64,000 nt of DNA from Candidatus Poseidoniaceae archaeon (GCA_938030705.1 CALHIR010000005.1:23231-87230), one strand, 5' to 3'; shown: positions 54,654 to 63,741, counted from the first letter of the stretch. Notes: generated from the sequence alone by a model not told the origin. Made by a program: numbers and translations.

Positions 54654-57029
54654 TCATCGCTTCTTCCGCTTTTTATCCACGGCTTTTTGAAGAATGTTGC
54701 ACCGTCGTATCTGGTCCTTAGCGCGTCGCTTGGCCTCATCGCTAAGGCCCCTCGGAATGGCCTGCTCAAAGCATTTGATGGCATCGTTGTAGCGTTCCAT
54801 TTCGGCATAGGCCGTCCCCATGTTGTACAAGGTTTCCCCACGCACTTCTGTCGGCCGAATTAGCATCGCTTGGTGATAAGATTCAACACATTTCGGATAT
54901 TCTTCGAGGAAGTAATAGGCGTTGCCTCGGTTGTTGAGAATACGAATAATCATCGCATCGTCGCCAGCGAAGGCAGGAAGGGCCCGGTCAAAACAAGAGA
55001 GTGCTTCCTTGTATTTCTTGTCATCAATCAATTGCACGCCTTGATTGAACCAGGCGACATCTTGGTTTGAGATGGCGTTGCTGGAGGTTGATTGTGGTGT
55101 GTTCATGGCCACGGTCTGCGCAGCGTCCAAAGCCGCCTTTGCCAAATCGACTTCTGGTTGTGGTGTTACTTCGGGGGCTTTGGCTTGAGGCTCAACCGGT
55201 GCCAAAAGCGCCGCTGCATCAAGTGTCGCGACAGGAGATTCAACAACGGCAGGCGCGTGAACTGGCTCAGGGGCCGGTGATAACTCGGGTGCGACCTGAA
55301 CTGGCTCAGGGGCTGGTGACAACTCGGGTGTAGTCTGAACTGGCTCAGGGGCCGGCGCCAACTGTGGTGTGGCTTGGACTGTTCCGGAGAGGAGCGGGTC
55401 TGCTTGCCCAGCCGTTGGTGCAGAGGTGGATGCTTCGGAAGATGCTGAGGCGGAGGGCGCTCCCATGCTGCTGGCTTTTGCATGGCATTTCTGTGCGGTT
55501 TCATAATCACCGGCCTGTTCAAGAGAACGGCCGAGACCTGTCCAGTGGGACGCTACGTTTTGTTCCTCTTGAATCAACGCTTTCCACATCAAAACGGCAT
55601 CGCTGTGTTGTTGACTTAACGAGAGAGCTGTCGCTCGTTCAGGCGTGGCGTCATCGTCCATTAACGCCAAGGCCTCACGTGCCATTTCTGGTCCGGCAGG
55701 TAGCGTAGGAGGGAGGCCAGCAACTTGGTCAAGAATGTCGCTTTCACCCTTTGCCAGGTCCAAAAGCATCGAGATGAAATCCGCTTTGATTGGATGCGAC
55801 TGATCCATCTGAACGAGGGCTCTCGCTGCTTCCATGTAGGATTCGATCAAGCCTCGCTCCTTGGCGAGTGCCGCCCACTTTTCAGCGGCTTTGGGATAGT
55901 TTCCCTCCGCTTCCACGGCACGCTTGTAACTGTTGATGGCTTCTTGAATCAGGTCCGAACGCTGTTGAACGGATCCCAAATTGAACCAGCCTGGGGCGTG
56001 GGATGATTCGAGGTTCTGGGCATGGGTCATGGCCGCAATGGCATGGTTGTCCAAATCCAATCTTGCCATGGCGCCGCCTGCTATTCGCCACGCACCGGCG
56101 TGTTGGGCGCCTATCGTTTTGAGATGGGGTTTCAACAAGGCCAAGGCGTCCTTTGCATGGCCTTGCTTGATGAGTGATGTTGCTTCTTCAACCAGGCTGT
56201 CCATGTCAATGGTAGGCTCAGGTTCAGGTTCTGGCTCGGGTTGCGGGTCTGGCTCCTGCATCACTTCTTGCTGGGCTACAACAACCTCAGCAGCGCTCTG
56301 CAATTCCTCGACGGTTAGCGTTGCATCTTCGTCGTGGTCGTGGTGGACTGCCTCTTGCAAGAGCAACTCTGGGTCTTCAATGCCTGCTTCTTCAGCGACC
56401 TCTTCGACCACTTTCATGTCAACCTCTTGGGTGACTTCAATCGAGGGTTGCATGGCTTCCATTGTCACCGAGATGCCACTGTCCTTGCATCGTTCTTTGA
56501 GTTGGACCAAAGCAGGGTGCCCTGGGAAGAAAGTGAGGGCTTTTTCTGCCGTTTCGTAGGCACCCTCAAGATCTCCGATTCGTTCGAGCAAAATGGCGAG
56601 GTTGGCCGTGGCAGGAGCATGCTCTTCGTTGAGGTCAAGGCAAATTTGGAAGGATTGTCGTGCACCCCTTGCATCCTGTTGTGCCTCAAGAAGGACTCCC
56701 CGGTTGAACCAAGCCATGTCGCACGATGGGTCGAGCGCGATGGCTTTGTTGAACGCTGTCAGCGCGCCTTTGACATCGTTTCTCCGACTTCGCTCTTCCC
56801 CGACCGTGAGGAGGACTTCAACCATCTCTTGCGGGTCTTCGACGTCCTCCAGTTCTGGAATCACGTTTCGAGGGGTGTCAGACGTCTGTTGTTCGCTGGT
56901 TTCTACGGAACCAGACGCTTGATTTTCCACGGCATCAAGGGCATCATTTACTGACGCCAAGGCGACATCATCGTGCCCCTCGAGTTCGTCCTCCGAAGAG
57001 TCATTGATTTCGTCTTCGGCGTTCGACAT
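54654..57029 (-). CDS. TPR-repeat protein with acidic N-terminus and a Pro/Glu-rich tandem-repeat linker
   Basis: Multiple TPR units (AWFNRGVLLEAQQDARGARQSFQICLDLN, YNMGTAYAEMERYNDAIKCFEQAI and others). No signal peptide. Confidence 0.65.
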   Translation of the reverse strand: MSNAEDEINDSSEDELEGHDDVALASVNDALDAVENQASGSVETSEQQTSDTPRNVIPELEDVEDPQEMVEVLLTVGEERSRRNDVKGALTAFNKAIALDPSCDMAWFNRGVLLEAQQDARGARQSFQICLDLNEEHAPATANLAILLERIGDLEGAYETAEKALTFFPGHPALVQLKERCKDSGISVTMEAMQPSIEVTQEVDMKVVEEVAEEAGIEDPELLLQEAVHHDHDEDATLTVEELQSAAEVVVAQQEVMQEPDPQPEPEPEPEPTIDMDSLVEEATSLIKQGHAKDALALLKPHLKTIGAQHAGAWRIAGGAMARLDLDNHAIAAMTHAQNLESSHAPGWFNLGSVQQRSDLIQEAINSYKRAVEAEGNYPKAAEKWAALAKERGLIESYMEAARALVQMDQSHPIKADFISMLLDLAKGESDILDQVAGLPPTLPAGPEMAREALALMDDDATPERATALSLSQQHSDAVLMWKALIQEEQNVASHWTGLGRSLEQAGDYETAQKCHAKASSMGAPSASASSEASTSAPTAGQADPLLSGTVQATPQLAPAPEPVQTTPELSPAPEPVQVAPELSPAPEPVHAPAVVESPVATLDAAALLAPVEPQAKAPEVTPQPEVDLAKAALDAAQTVAMNTPQSTSSNAISNQDVAWFNQGVQLIDDKKYKEALSCFDRALPAFAGDDAMIIRILNNRGNAYYFLEEYPKCVESYHQAMLIRPTEVRGETLYNMGTAYAEMERYNDAIKCFEQAIPRGLSDEAKRRAKDQIRRCNILQKAVDKKRKKR
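55257..55373. repeat. 3 x 39-nt in-frame tandem repeat inside the TPR gene
   Basis: The units at 55257-55295, 55296-55334 and 55335-55373 are near-identical (CTGAACTGGCTCAGGGGC(C/T)GGTGA(T/C)AACTCGGGTG...). They encode (T/V)PELSPAPEPVQ-type 13-aa units. Confidence 0.85.
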
Positions 57030-57134
57030 GCCATCACCGGTTTACGACCAAACACGAAGCATGCATAAGCATTCCTTCTTATTGGACACGGGTTGAATCC
57101 TTACATTCAAGGGCTGGTGGAGACTGGAAACATC

Positions 57135-57683
57135 ATGGGCGAACATGCAATCAAAGTTTTGGGCCTCGCTGGAGAATATCGCTCGACATCAAAATCAGGT
57201 ATGTTGGTGAATGCAGCCTTGAGGATAGCCCAAGCCAACGGGGCTGATGTCGTGTTCTGGGACCTTGCTGAAAAACCACTCCCCCTGGTTGGTGAAGAGG
57301 GATGTTGGGCCCACCCCAACGTGAAGGAATTCCAAACGCTTTTGGTGGAGTGTGATGCTTTTTTCCTCTCATCACCGGAATACCACGGGACGATGTCGGG
57401 CGTCATGAAAAACACACTGGATTGGATGTACGACAAGCATGTTGGCGGGAAAGTGTTCGGCTTGATGTCCACGCTTGGTGGCGTCACAAATGCTAACACG
57501 CTTAATCACATGCGGATTACATTGCGTTGGCTTCACGGTTGGCCCGTACCTGAACAACTCGCCGTTGGGCACGTCAAAGAAGCCTTTGACGAAGAGGGCA
57601 ACCTCGTGGATGAATCTCTTCAAGTACGGCTCGGGAACTTGGTTGAGTCTGTCTTGTCAGCAACGACGAAATTGAGTGCATAA
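57135..57683 (+). CDS. NADPH-dependent FMN reductase family flavoprotein
   Basis: IKVLGLAGEYRSTSKSG (flavodoxin-like P-loop region) and SSPEYHGTMSGVMKNTLDW. The track start is a TTG at 57093; the ATG at 57135 is preferred. Confidence 0.75.
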   Translation: MGEHAIKVLGLAGEYRSTSKSGMLVNAALRIAQANGADVVFWDLAEKPLPLVGEEGCWAHPNVKEFQTLLVECDAFFLSSPEYHGTMSGVMKNTLDWMYDKHVGGKVFGLMSTLGGVTNANTLNHMRITLRWLHGWPVPEQLAVGHVKEAFDEEGNLVDESLQVRLGNLVESVLSATTKLSA

Positions 57684-57685
57684 CC

Positions 57686-58483
57686 ATGGCGTCATCTCCG
57701 GCATCTCCATTCTTTACCGACGTTCATGGCTCAACCTATCGATTGGTGGAACCTGGCCGTTTTCTCATGGGAGATGTCAATGGAAACCCAACCGAACAAC
57801 CGACGTGCACGGTGGAAATCAATCAGCCTTTTTTCCTCGGGGAGCGAAACGTCACTCAGGCATTTTGGCTCGATATCATGGGAGAAAATCCATCCAAATT
57901 TCAAGAAGGTTGGAGTGCGGGCCTTCGACCGGTCGAAAACATCAACATGAATGATGTGCAGCTGTTTATTGAACGTTTGAATCAACGAGATGCGGAGGTC
58001 ATGTACTTGGGGCTTCTTGGGCATTGGCGTTTACCCTCAGAATCGGAGTGGGAGTATGCTTCTCGTGCTGATACGCAAGGGCGATGGTCGTTTGGCGACA
58101 AGGACATTGAACTTGATGAGTACGGCTGGCACGCGGGTAATTCAGGAGGCACCACTCGGGAAGTTGGGTTGAAAAAAGCAAATCCATGGGGATTTTTCGA
58201 CATGAATGGACTTGTCCAAGAGTGGTGTGCCGACCACTGGGTAAAAAATTATGATGGCGGTCGTCAGCAAAGACCACTTTTGAATGACCTTGCGCGCAAG
58301 CATGTCGTACGGGGTGGAGCATGGTTTACAGAAAGCGATTCTACCCGTTGCGGCGCCCGATCGTTCGCTGACCGGGAAAAAAGGAGCGATGGTCTCGGTT
58401 TACGTTTGGTTTGGGCTCCACTTGACAGCCAACCCGTCATTCAAATTCAGGGTGCTTCACCTTCCAGCAAGGAACAGTCATAG
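57686..58483 (+). CDS. SUMF1/EgtB/PvdO-family (FGE-sulfatase fold) protein lacking the FGE catalytic Cys pair
   Basis: WRLPSESEWEYA, NPWGFFDMNGLVQEW, VVRGGAW and GLGLRLVW. Only one Cys (STRCGAR) lies where bona fide FGEs have CxxxxC plus RC. Confidence 0.75.
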   Translation: MASSPASPFFTDVHGSTYRLVEPGRFLMGDVNGNPTEQPTCTVEINQPFFLGERNVTQAFWLDIMGENPSKFQEGWSAGLRPVENINMNDVQLFIERLNQRDAEVMYLGLLGHWRLPSESEWEYASRADTQGRWSFGDKDIELDEYGWHAGNSGGTTREVGLKKANPWGFFDMNGLVQEWCADHWVKNYDGGRQQRPLLNDLARKHVVRGGAWFTESDSTRCGARSFADREKRSDGLGLRLVWAPLDSQPVIQIQGASPSSKEQS

Positions 58484-58953
58484 GCGTGATCTTCTGGAAG
58501 ATCATCGAGTGATTGGTGCTCTGGCACCCTCCCCGGCCCGATGTACCAACGAGCGTCAAGGGGTGCCTCCAAGACCAACATGAGGTTATTGTTCATCATC
58601 TGTTGAACAGCGGCGGCTGTGCGTTGCATGACAGGAGCTATTTCTTCGCGAAACACCTCGTTCATGCATTGACAAAGTTCACCGAACGTTCGACTTCCAT
58701 CGGCCAATTCCCATAACATGCTATTCATGTCGTCCAAGGGTCGGCGAATTTCAGTTGGTGCACGAAAAAGGGCAGCTATTTTCCCTTCAAACCGACCAAA
58801 TTGTTTTGGAATCCTCAAAACGATTCGACGCCCGCTGACGCCACGCCAACCCGGATCCTTTCGGACATCACCCGTTCGAGCCCACCAGACAGGTGTCCTG
58901 CAGGGATACTGGTTCACCAACGGGTGGTCTTCAATTCCTGCGATATCTTCCAT
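58447..58953 (-). CDS. PqqD/RRE-like domain protein
   Basis: LDDMNSMLWELADGSRTFGELCQCMNEVF...AAAVQQMMNNNLMLV fits the PqqD pattern (Ln..g..iW.L.DG..t..ei...l...y......v..fl..L....l). The 3' end overlaps the convergent SUMF1-like gene by 37 nt. Confidence 0.5.
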   Translation of the reverse strand: MEDIAGIEDHPLVNQYPCRTPVWWARTGDVRKDPGWRGVSGRRIVLRIPKQFGRFEGKIAALFRAPTEIRRPLDDMNSMLWELADGSRTFGELCQCMNEVFREEIAPVMQRTAAAVQQMMNNNLMLVLEAPLDARWYIGPGRVPEHQSLDDLPEDHAYDCSLLEGEAP

Positions 58954-58964
58954 GGAATCACACC

Positions 58965-59138
58965 TTAAAAATCAGCCCAAGTCCAAACGAGGAGTGTCAG
59001 CATAGAGGCGGTGCCGAGGAGAGCAACGGTTCGTGTGGTCTGAACCCTTTGGGTGAAATTTCGAAGATACCAAGTGCCTACGCCGCACGCGGCAACCGCG
59101 AACCATAGGGCATACCAAGCCGGGGGATAGGCCTCCAC
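58965..59138 (-). CDS. Possible small two-TM protein (57 aa, GTG start), below the ORF-track length cut-off
   Basis: My translation of the minus strand is VEAYPPAWYALWFAVAACGVGTWYLRNFTQRVQTTRTVALLGTASMLTLLVWTWADF*. It fills the gap between the 1185-aa gene and the PqqD-like gene. It is in frame with the upstream TGA and begins 12 nt after it. Confidence 0.25.
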   Translation of the reverse strand: MEAYPPAWYALWFAVAACGVGTWYLRNFTQRVQTTRTVALLGTASMLTLLVWTWADF

Positions 59139-59150
59139 ATCCGTCGGTTG

Positions 59151-62100
59151 TCAAAGGGTTCCATCAAGGTATTGCTGGCCATAGTAGTCCCATTGGTCTT
59201 GTGTCCATCCGGGAGGAAGACCCTCCGCCGGCAGTGGTGGGCTCGCTGAAGCTTGTGGCACAACGGTAGCAGGTGGCCCGGCCTGTGTGGCGGCCATTGG
59301 TTCAAACTCAGGAATTACCTTGGTTGCATTCCCGTCATCACTGATCGGTGGGCCTGCGGGTGCCATCTCCATGGTCTCTACTTCATCCTCAACCGGAGGT
59401 CGGCGTCTCATCAAGAACACCAAACCGGCAACGAAAACAAGGCCTCCCAGTCCGGCTCCGAGAAGGGTTGACGTCGACATCGAGGAATCGGCGGGTGGGG
59501 CTGCAAACGACACGTTGAGAACATGGCTCGCACGAATAAACCCGTCAATGGACGACGACTCAACGGTCAATTCTCCATCAAGTGGACCCGACATTCGAAG
59601 CACTTCGCAGCGTAATTGATTGGACTGTGGTGTGATGTGTCCAGCCGTCAAGGCCACGGCGACTCCTGATTGATTGACCAAGCGCTTATCGCAGGTGATT
59701 TGCCAACCCTCCTCGCCTCTCAAGTTGACCACCAAGTTTTCATTGATGGTGGAGGTTGATGTCTGGTTGACTTGAACCATGGCCGAGGTGCCGTGAGGAA
59801 TCGGTCCAACCTGCATCATCCCAGCCTCCACACTTACGATTCGTTGCTGATTCAACATGACGAGTGCTTCGACGGTCATCGGGGTTGGGAGGTTGTTCTC
59901 ATCCAAGGCTCCGAGGATGTCAAAGCGAAGGACAAAGCGAGTGTTGAGCGGGGCACCTTCTGGAACCAATACATCCAATCTGAGATCCAAATCCCCACCT
60001 GCGGCCACCATCAAGGGGACTTCACTGGCTACCGCCCTGTCGCCACCATCGACAGTGAAGAACGCCAACAATCCTGGAAGTGGCGGTGATGATGAGACCG
60101 AAGCTTCAACAGAAAGCCTGTTTTCAACGGCGTTGCCCGTGTTGAACAAACGAGCTACGGCAAACATGGTCCCCCCTGCCATGGTAGCACTGGACTGGTT
60201 GGTTAGCACCATGGACGGCATTCGTATAGCGTCGGTAGCCATAACCAATTCAATCGCGTTGTCATCGGGGTATAGATCCTCGCCTTCACCGACATGGTTC
60301 GCAACAATACGAAGAGTGTGCAATTCACCGGCGGCTTCCGTCATAGGAAGGAGAACCCAGATACTGATTTCTTGTTCATGCTCAAGGTCATAGGATACGC
60401 TGAGGGGAATCGGTTGGCTGATGTTCTCGCCCTCGGCGGAGAGCCACCATGTCCATGTGTCTGGCAGATCTTCGGGTATGAGATTGACCTCCGTCGCTCC
60501 ATTTCCGTTGTTGATAATGCTGACGAGGATTTCGTTTGGAATGCCGGGTGTCAGTTTCATGGGCGATGAAACTGGGACCAGTTGTACATCGTGGGTTGTG
60601 GTTACGCGGAGACCGTCATAGGGTTCCCCTTGAATTTCCATCAAACTTCTTTTGGATTCTATAACCGGCGTGATGGTCGGCCCTCTATCGTCTGCTTGAG
60701 CGTTTTCCGGGACATCGACCACCACCTCAAAAGTCGTGGTGGCCCCTGGATTCAAGACGGCATCGGGACGTGTGGGTTGGTGAACCGTCCAGGTTCCACT
60801 GTTGTCCACATCCGCACGCATGGCGAAGATATCTTGTCGGGATGCATTGTTCCAAATGGTGTACTTCAATACAATCTGAGAACCTGCCTCAACGTACTGC
60901 CTCCCCGATGCATCGGCACTGGTTAGGGCTACACTTGCTTCGCTGACCATTGATGCCGAAACGGCAATGGTTTTGACGTCCGTTCTGGAACTGTCGTTTT
61001 GTGCTTCCAAGGTCATGTCAAATTCAACGATGGCATCCGGGGCCTCATCGGCCGGTACGGTCATCGTGAACAAGGCCTGGACCGTTTCGTTCGGCCGGAT
61101 AAGGACTGAGGTGGGTTGGGACCATGCAAGGTCGATGGACCAATCATTGGGCACCGTTGACATGTCCATGGTCAGGTCAAACACGTCGGTAGCCCCCCCT
61201 TCGTTTGATAGGCCAACCTCAAAGGTACACGTGTAGGATGGTGGACAACTTGGTCGAACTGGAGGCGGGACGATGACCGGTATTCTGTCTGCTTGGACCA
61301 AAAATTGAACGGGTAAAACAGTGAAAATACCGGGGTATTGGCTAGATGTTATGTTCACACTCATTTGTTGAAATCCAATCGTTGCGTTCTCATCGGGTTG
61401 AATCATGATGTTGAACCCCGCAGGGCTCCCAGGGGTCGCCATCAAACCGCCGAGTGGGTCAAAACTCGTTCCTGTTGGTCTTGTAAAGTAAGCGTTCCAT
61501 GACGGTGGAAGGCCTTCAAGGGATGGTATGAAGGACTCAGAGATGTTTCCCGTGTTGATGATTTCCAGCGACACACTCCCCCATTCACCCGGTGTGGCTC
61601 CGTTGGTTGAAATCCCTCGGGCTGAAACATTGTATTCGTTTATCCTCACTTTTTGGTCGTAGACGATGACGATATCATCGATGTAGAATCCAATGTCCGT
61701 TCCTGACGCATCTGAGGTGAACTCAAATTTGAATTGAGAACCGGCGTGGAAAAGGTCATCGGCCACGGGAATCAATGGCGAGCTGTGTCCTTTGTTCGAG
61801 ACACTGAAGGTCTGCCAGTTAGCACCGTCGGTAAAGACATTATCAATCGTTCCAGTGATTGAACCAACCTCGCTCCAGGCACCGAAATTATTCTTGCCAT
61901 AGATCGTCAGTTTGTCATTTGCCGCCGTGCTTCCCGTGTAAAAGAAGGACAAGCCACTCGTTCGGCTTGGATTGGTGATGGCATCGGATAAATCCATCAC
62001 CGGTGTTGTTAACACCGCTAAGGCGTTGTTGTTGTAGTTTGAGGATTGTCCGTTTCCGGCATGACAACTTCGGGCTTGAGAAATGGAAGTGTCGGTTGAT

Positions 62101-62690
62101 ACTTGCCATCCGCTACCAAACGTCCAACTCGTTGTCGCATCGCAGTTGAAGTACTCATATCCGACCGTAAATGGCTGATTGCGACGATCGTTTGCAGTAT
62201 TGTCGTCAGCTACTGTGGAGGTCGCGGTTATTCGAAGGGTGTGATTTCCGGCATAACTTGGCACGACATCAACACTGGCCGTGTTGGAGGCCCCACCTGC
62301 AAGGGCGGCCATCTGTACGGTGGTGTTACTGAATTCAAAGTAGGTGTATTCATCGTGCAAGAGCAAGACATTCAGGTCAATGATTCCCGATGCACTGGTG
62401 CCAAGGTTTTGCACATTGATGGTTAAGGTTGCCGATACATTGACCATGGCGTCGATGACAAAGAGTTCGGCGGGACGATTAAAACCGAGAATTGGATGAT
62501 TCGAGGAGAACATTTTGTACTTGCCTTCATCGGCGCTGTTGGTGTATTCCACTGTCGCTCCAGTGACGGTAACGTCAACACCGGTAGGTGGACTCTCCAT
62601 CGAGATGGGTGCATCAAGAACGGTCGGAATTGTGGGTCCAATCGAACCCAACAACAACACGATGATGAGTGCGGATGCGGTGGTTCTCAT
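59151..62690 (-). CDS. Very large cell-surface protein with a MAM-like domain, many Ig/CARDB-like beta modules and a C-terminal TM anchor
   Basis: Signal peptide MRTTASALIIVLLLGSIG. MAM-like segment is FNCDATTSWTFGSGWQVS...LSFFYTG...DIGFYIDDIVIVY. C-terminal TM is LLGAGLGGLVFVAGLVFLMRRR, followed by a Pro-rich cytoplasmic tail. Confidence 0.7.
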   Translation of the reverse strand: MRTTASALIIVLLLGSIGPTIPTVLDAPISMESPPTGVDVTVTGATVEYTNSADEGKYKMFSSNHPILGFNRPAELFVIDAMVNVSATLTINVQNLGTSASGIIDLNVLLLHDEYTYFEFSNTTVQMAALAGGASNTASVDVVPSYAGNHTLRITATSTVADDNTANDRRNQPFTVGYEYFNCDATTSWTFGSGWQVSTDTSISQARSCHAGNGQSSNYNNNALAVLTTPVMDLSDAITNPSRTSGLSFFYTGSTAANDKLTIYGKNNFGAWSEVGSITGTIDNVFTDGANWQTFSVSNKGHSSPLIPVADDLFHAGSQFKFEFTSDASGTDIGFYIDDIVIVYDQKVRINEYNVSARGISTNGATPGEWGSVSLEIINTGNISESFIPSLEGLPPSWNAYFTRPTGTSFDPLGGLMATPGSPAGFNIMIQPDENATIGFQQMSVNITSSQYPGIFTVLPVQFLVQADRIPVIVPPPVRPSCPPSYTCTFEVGLSNEGGATDVFDLTMDMSTVPNDWSIDLAWSQPTSVLIRPNETVQALFTMTVPADEAPDAIVEFDMTLEAQNDSSRTDVKTIAVSASMVSEASVALTSADASGRQYVEAGSQIVLKYTIWNNASRQDIFAMRADVDNSGTWTVHQPTRPDAVLNPGATTTFEVVVDVPENAQADDRGPTITPVIESKRSLMEIQGEPYDGLRVTTTHDVQLVPVSSPMKLTPGIPNEILVSIINNGNGATEVNLIPEDLPDTWTWWLSAEGENISQPIPLSVSYDLEHEQEISIWVLLPMTEAAGELHTLRIVANHVGEGEDLYPDDNAIELVMATDAIRMPSMVLTNQSSATMAGGTMFAVARLFNTGNAVENRLSVEASVSSSPPLPGLLAFFTVDGGDRAVASEVPLMVAAGGDLDLRLDVLVPEGAPLNTRFVLRFDILGALDENNLPTPMTVEALVMLNQQRIVSVEAGMMQVGPIPHGTSAMVQVNQTSTSTINENLVVNLRGEEGWQITCDKRLVNQSGVAVALTAGHITPQSNQLRCEVLRMSGPLDGELTVESSSIDGFIRASHVLNVSFAAPPADSSMSTSTLLGAGLGGLVFVAGLVFLMRRRPPVEDEVETMEMAPAGPPISDDGNATKVIPEFEPMAATQAGPPATVVPQASASPPLPAEGLPPGWTQDQWDYYGQQYLDGTL

Positions 62691-62719
62691 ATCCCTCAAA
62701 CGAGGCAAGGACCGTCTAT

Positions 62720-63601
62720 CTATTTAGGAGCAGTGTCGGTTTCTGATGGGGGTTCGTCGGCACGGAGATACGATTCAACCTCATCCTTGGCAAGTTCTAA
62801 TTTCGCTTCATCCCTCTTTTCTTTCGCTCGAGCTGCAAAGTAGACCGTGAAAGATGGAATGAGGACCATCGAAAAGCAACCGACGACGGCGGCGAGGGCC
62901 CACAAGAATTCAGTTGTGGCGTCCACCGAGAAAACGGCGATGCTGGCGAATTCTTCGTTCACGGTTTCTGCAGAGATGCTTGGCTCAGTGGTTCGGTTTC
63001 CTGTTTCAATGATTTCAATTCGTAGGATAGAGGGTGAATGTCTGTACTCAATGGCTGCCCTGGCCTTGGCTTCCGCCTCCACAATGTCGGCGGCGAAAAC
63101 CGAGCCGTTTGATCGCCGAGCAGGGTCGATGGAGGTAAGAGCATGGAAATCAATGGTCCCTCCTTCCTCGCTCGTTCGTTCGTGAACGGTCGCATGGTCG
63201 CAGAGTTCTGCGCAAGAGAATTCTTCCTCCAGCGGATTTTCGAGCGTGTAGGTCGTGCCGAGCAGTTCATGGCTGTAAAGGCGGGCGACGTTGGTAACTT
63301 TCAATACGGCCCCAGATGAAAGTTCTGTTGCCGTCACGTTGACCCACGTCAGGTTTGCATCATCAGCAATGACTTGCCATGCCCAAGTGGTGGTGTTTTC
63401 TTCTGCGTCGTAAGACCGTTCGACTTCCTCATCGGCGGAAGAGGCCGTGTATTCGTTGACGGTTGCCTCGGTTGTGTAGATGTAAACCGACGGGGAAACC
63501 GTTGCGCCGTACACTGCGTACGAAAGCATGAAAATGAGGGTCAAAGACAACCCGATCAAGGTCCGCAGAAGGTTGGGGTTTTGGGCCAACGCTTTCTTCA
63601 T
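62720..63601 (-). CDS. Bitopic/anchored hypothetical protein (N- and C-terminal TM helices, extracellular middle)
   Basis: Hydrophobic spans LIGLSLTLIFMLSYAVYG and FLWALAAVVGCFSMVLIPSFTVYF, with an acidic/basic tail. It lies directly upstream of the 1185-aa surface protein on the same strand. Confidence 0.5.
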   Translation of the reverse strand: MKKALAQNPNLLRTLIGLSLTLIFMLSYAVYGATVSPSVYIYTTEATVNEYTASSADEEVERSYDAEENTTTWAWQVIADDANLTWVNVTATELSSGAVLKVTNVARLYSHELLGTTYTLENPLEEEFSCAELCDHATVHERTSEEGGTIDFHALTSIDPARRSNGSVFAADIVEAEAKARAAIEYRHSPSILRIEIIETGNRTTEPSISAETVNEEFASIAVFSVDATTEFLWALAAVVGCFSMVLIPSFTVYFAARAKEKRDEAKLELAKDEVESYLRADEPPSETDTAPK

Positions 63602-63696
63602 CGTGCCGACCACCCGTGCGCTGTTCAAGAAGCCTTGTATTGCAGGAGTTGCACAGCGTTTCTGGTCACCGCCTGAACGGGTGCTTGACCCGTTGT

Positions 63697-63708
63697 TTTG
63701 ATATAGGG
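63697..63708 (+). promoter_or_regulatory. Putative TATA box for rps19e
   Basis: TTTTGATATAGG lies ~35-45 nt upstream of the rps19e ATG. It shares an ATATAGG core with the element upstream of the SRP RNA. Confidence 0.3.
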
Positions 63709-63741
63709 GCGGACGGTCGCCATGTTGCTTGGTGCATCGCG

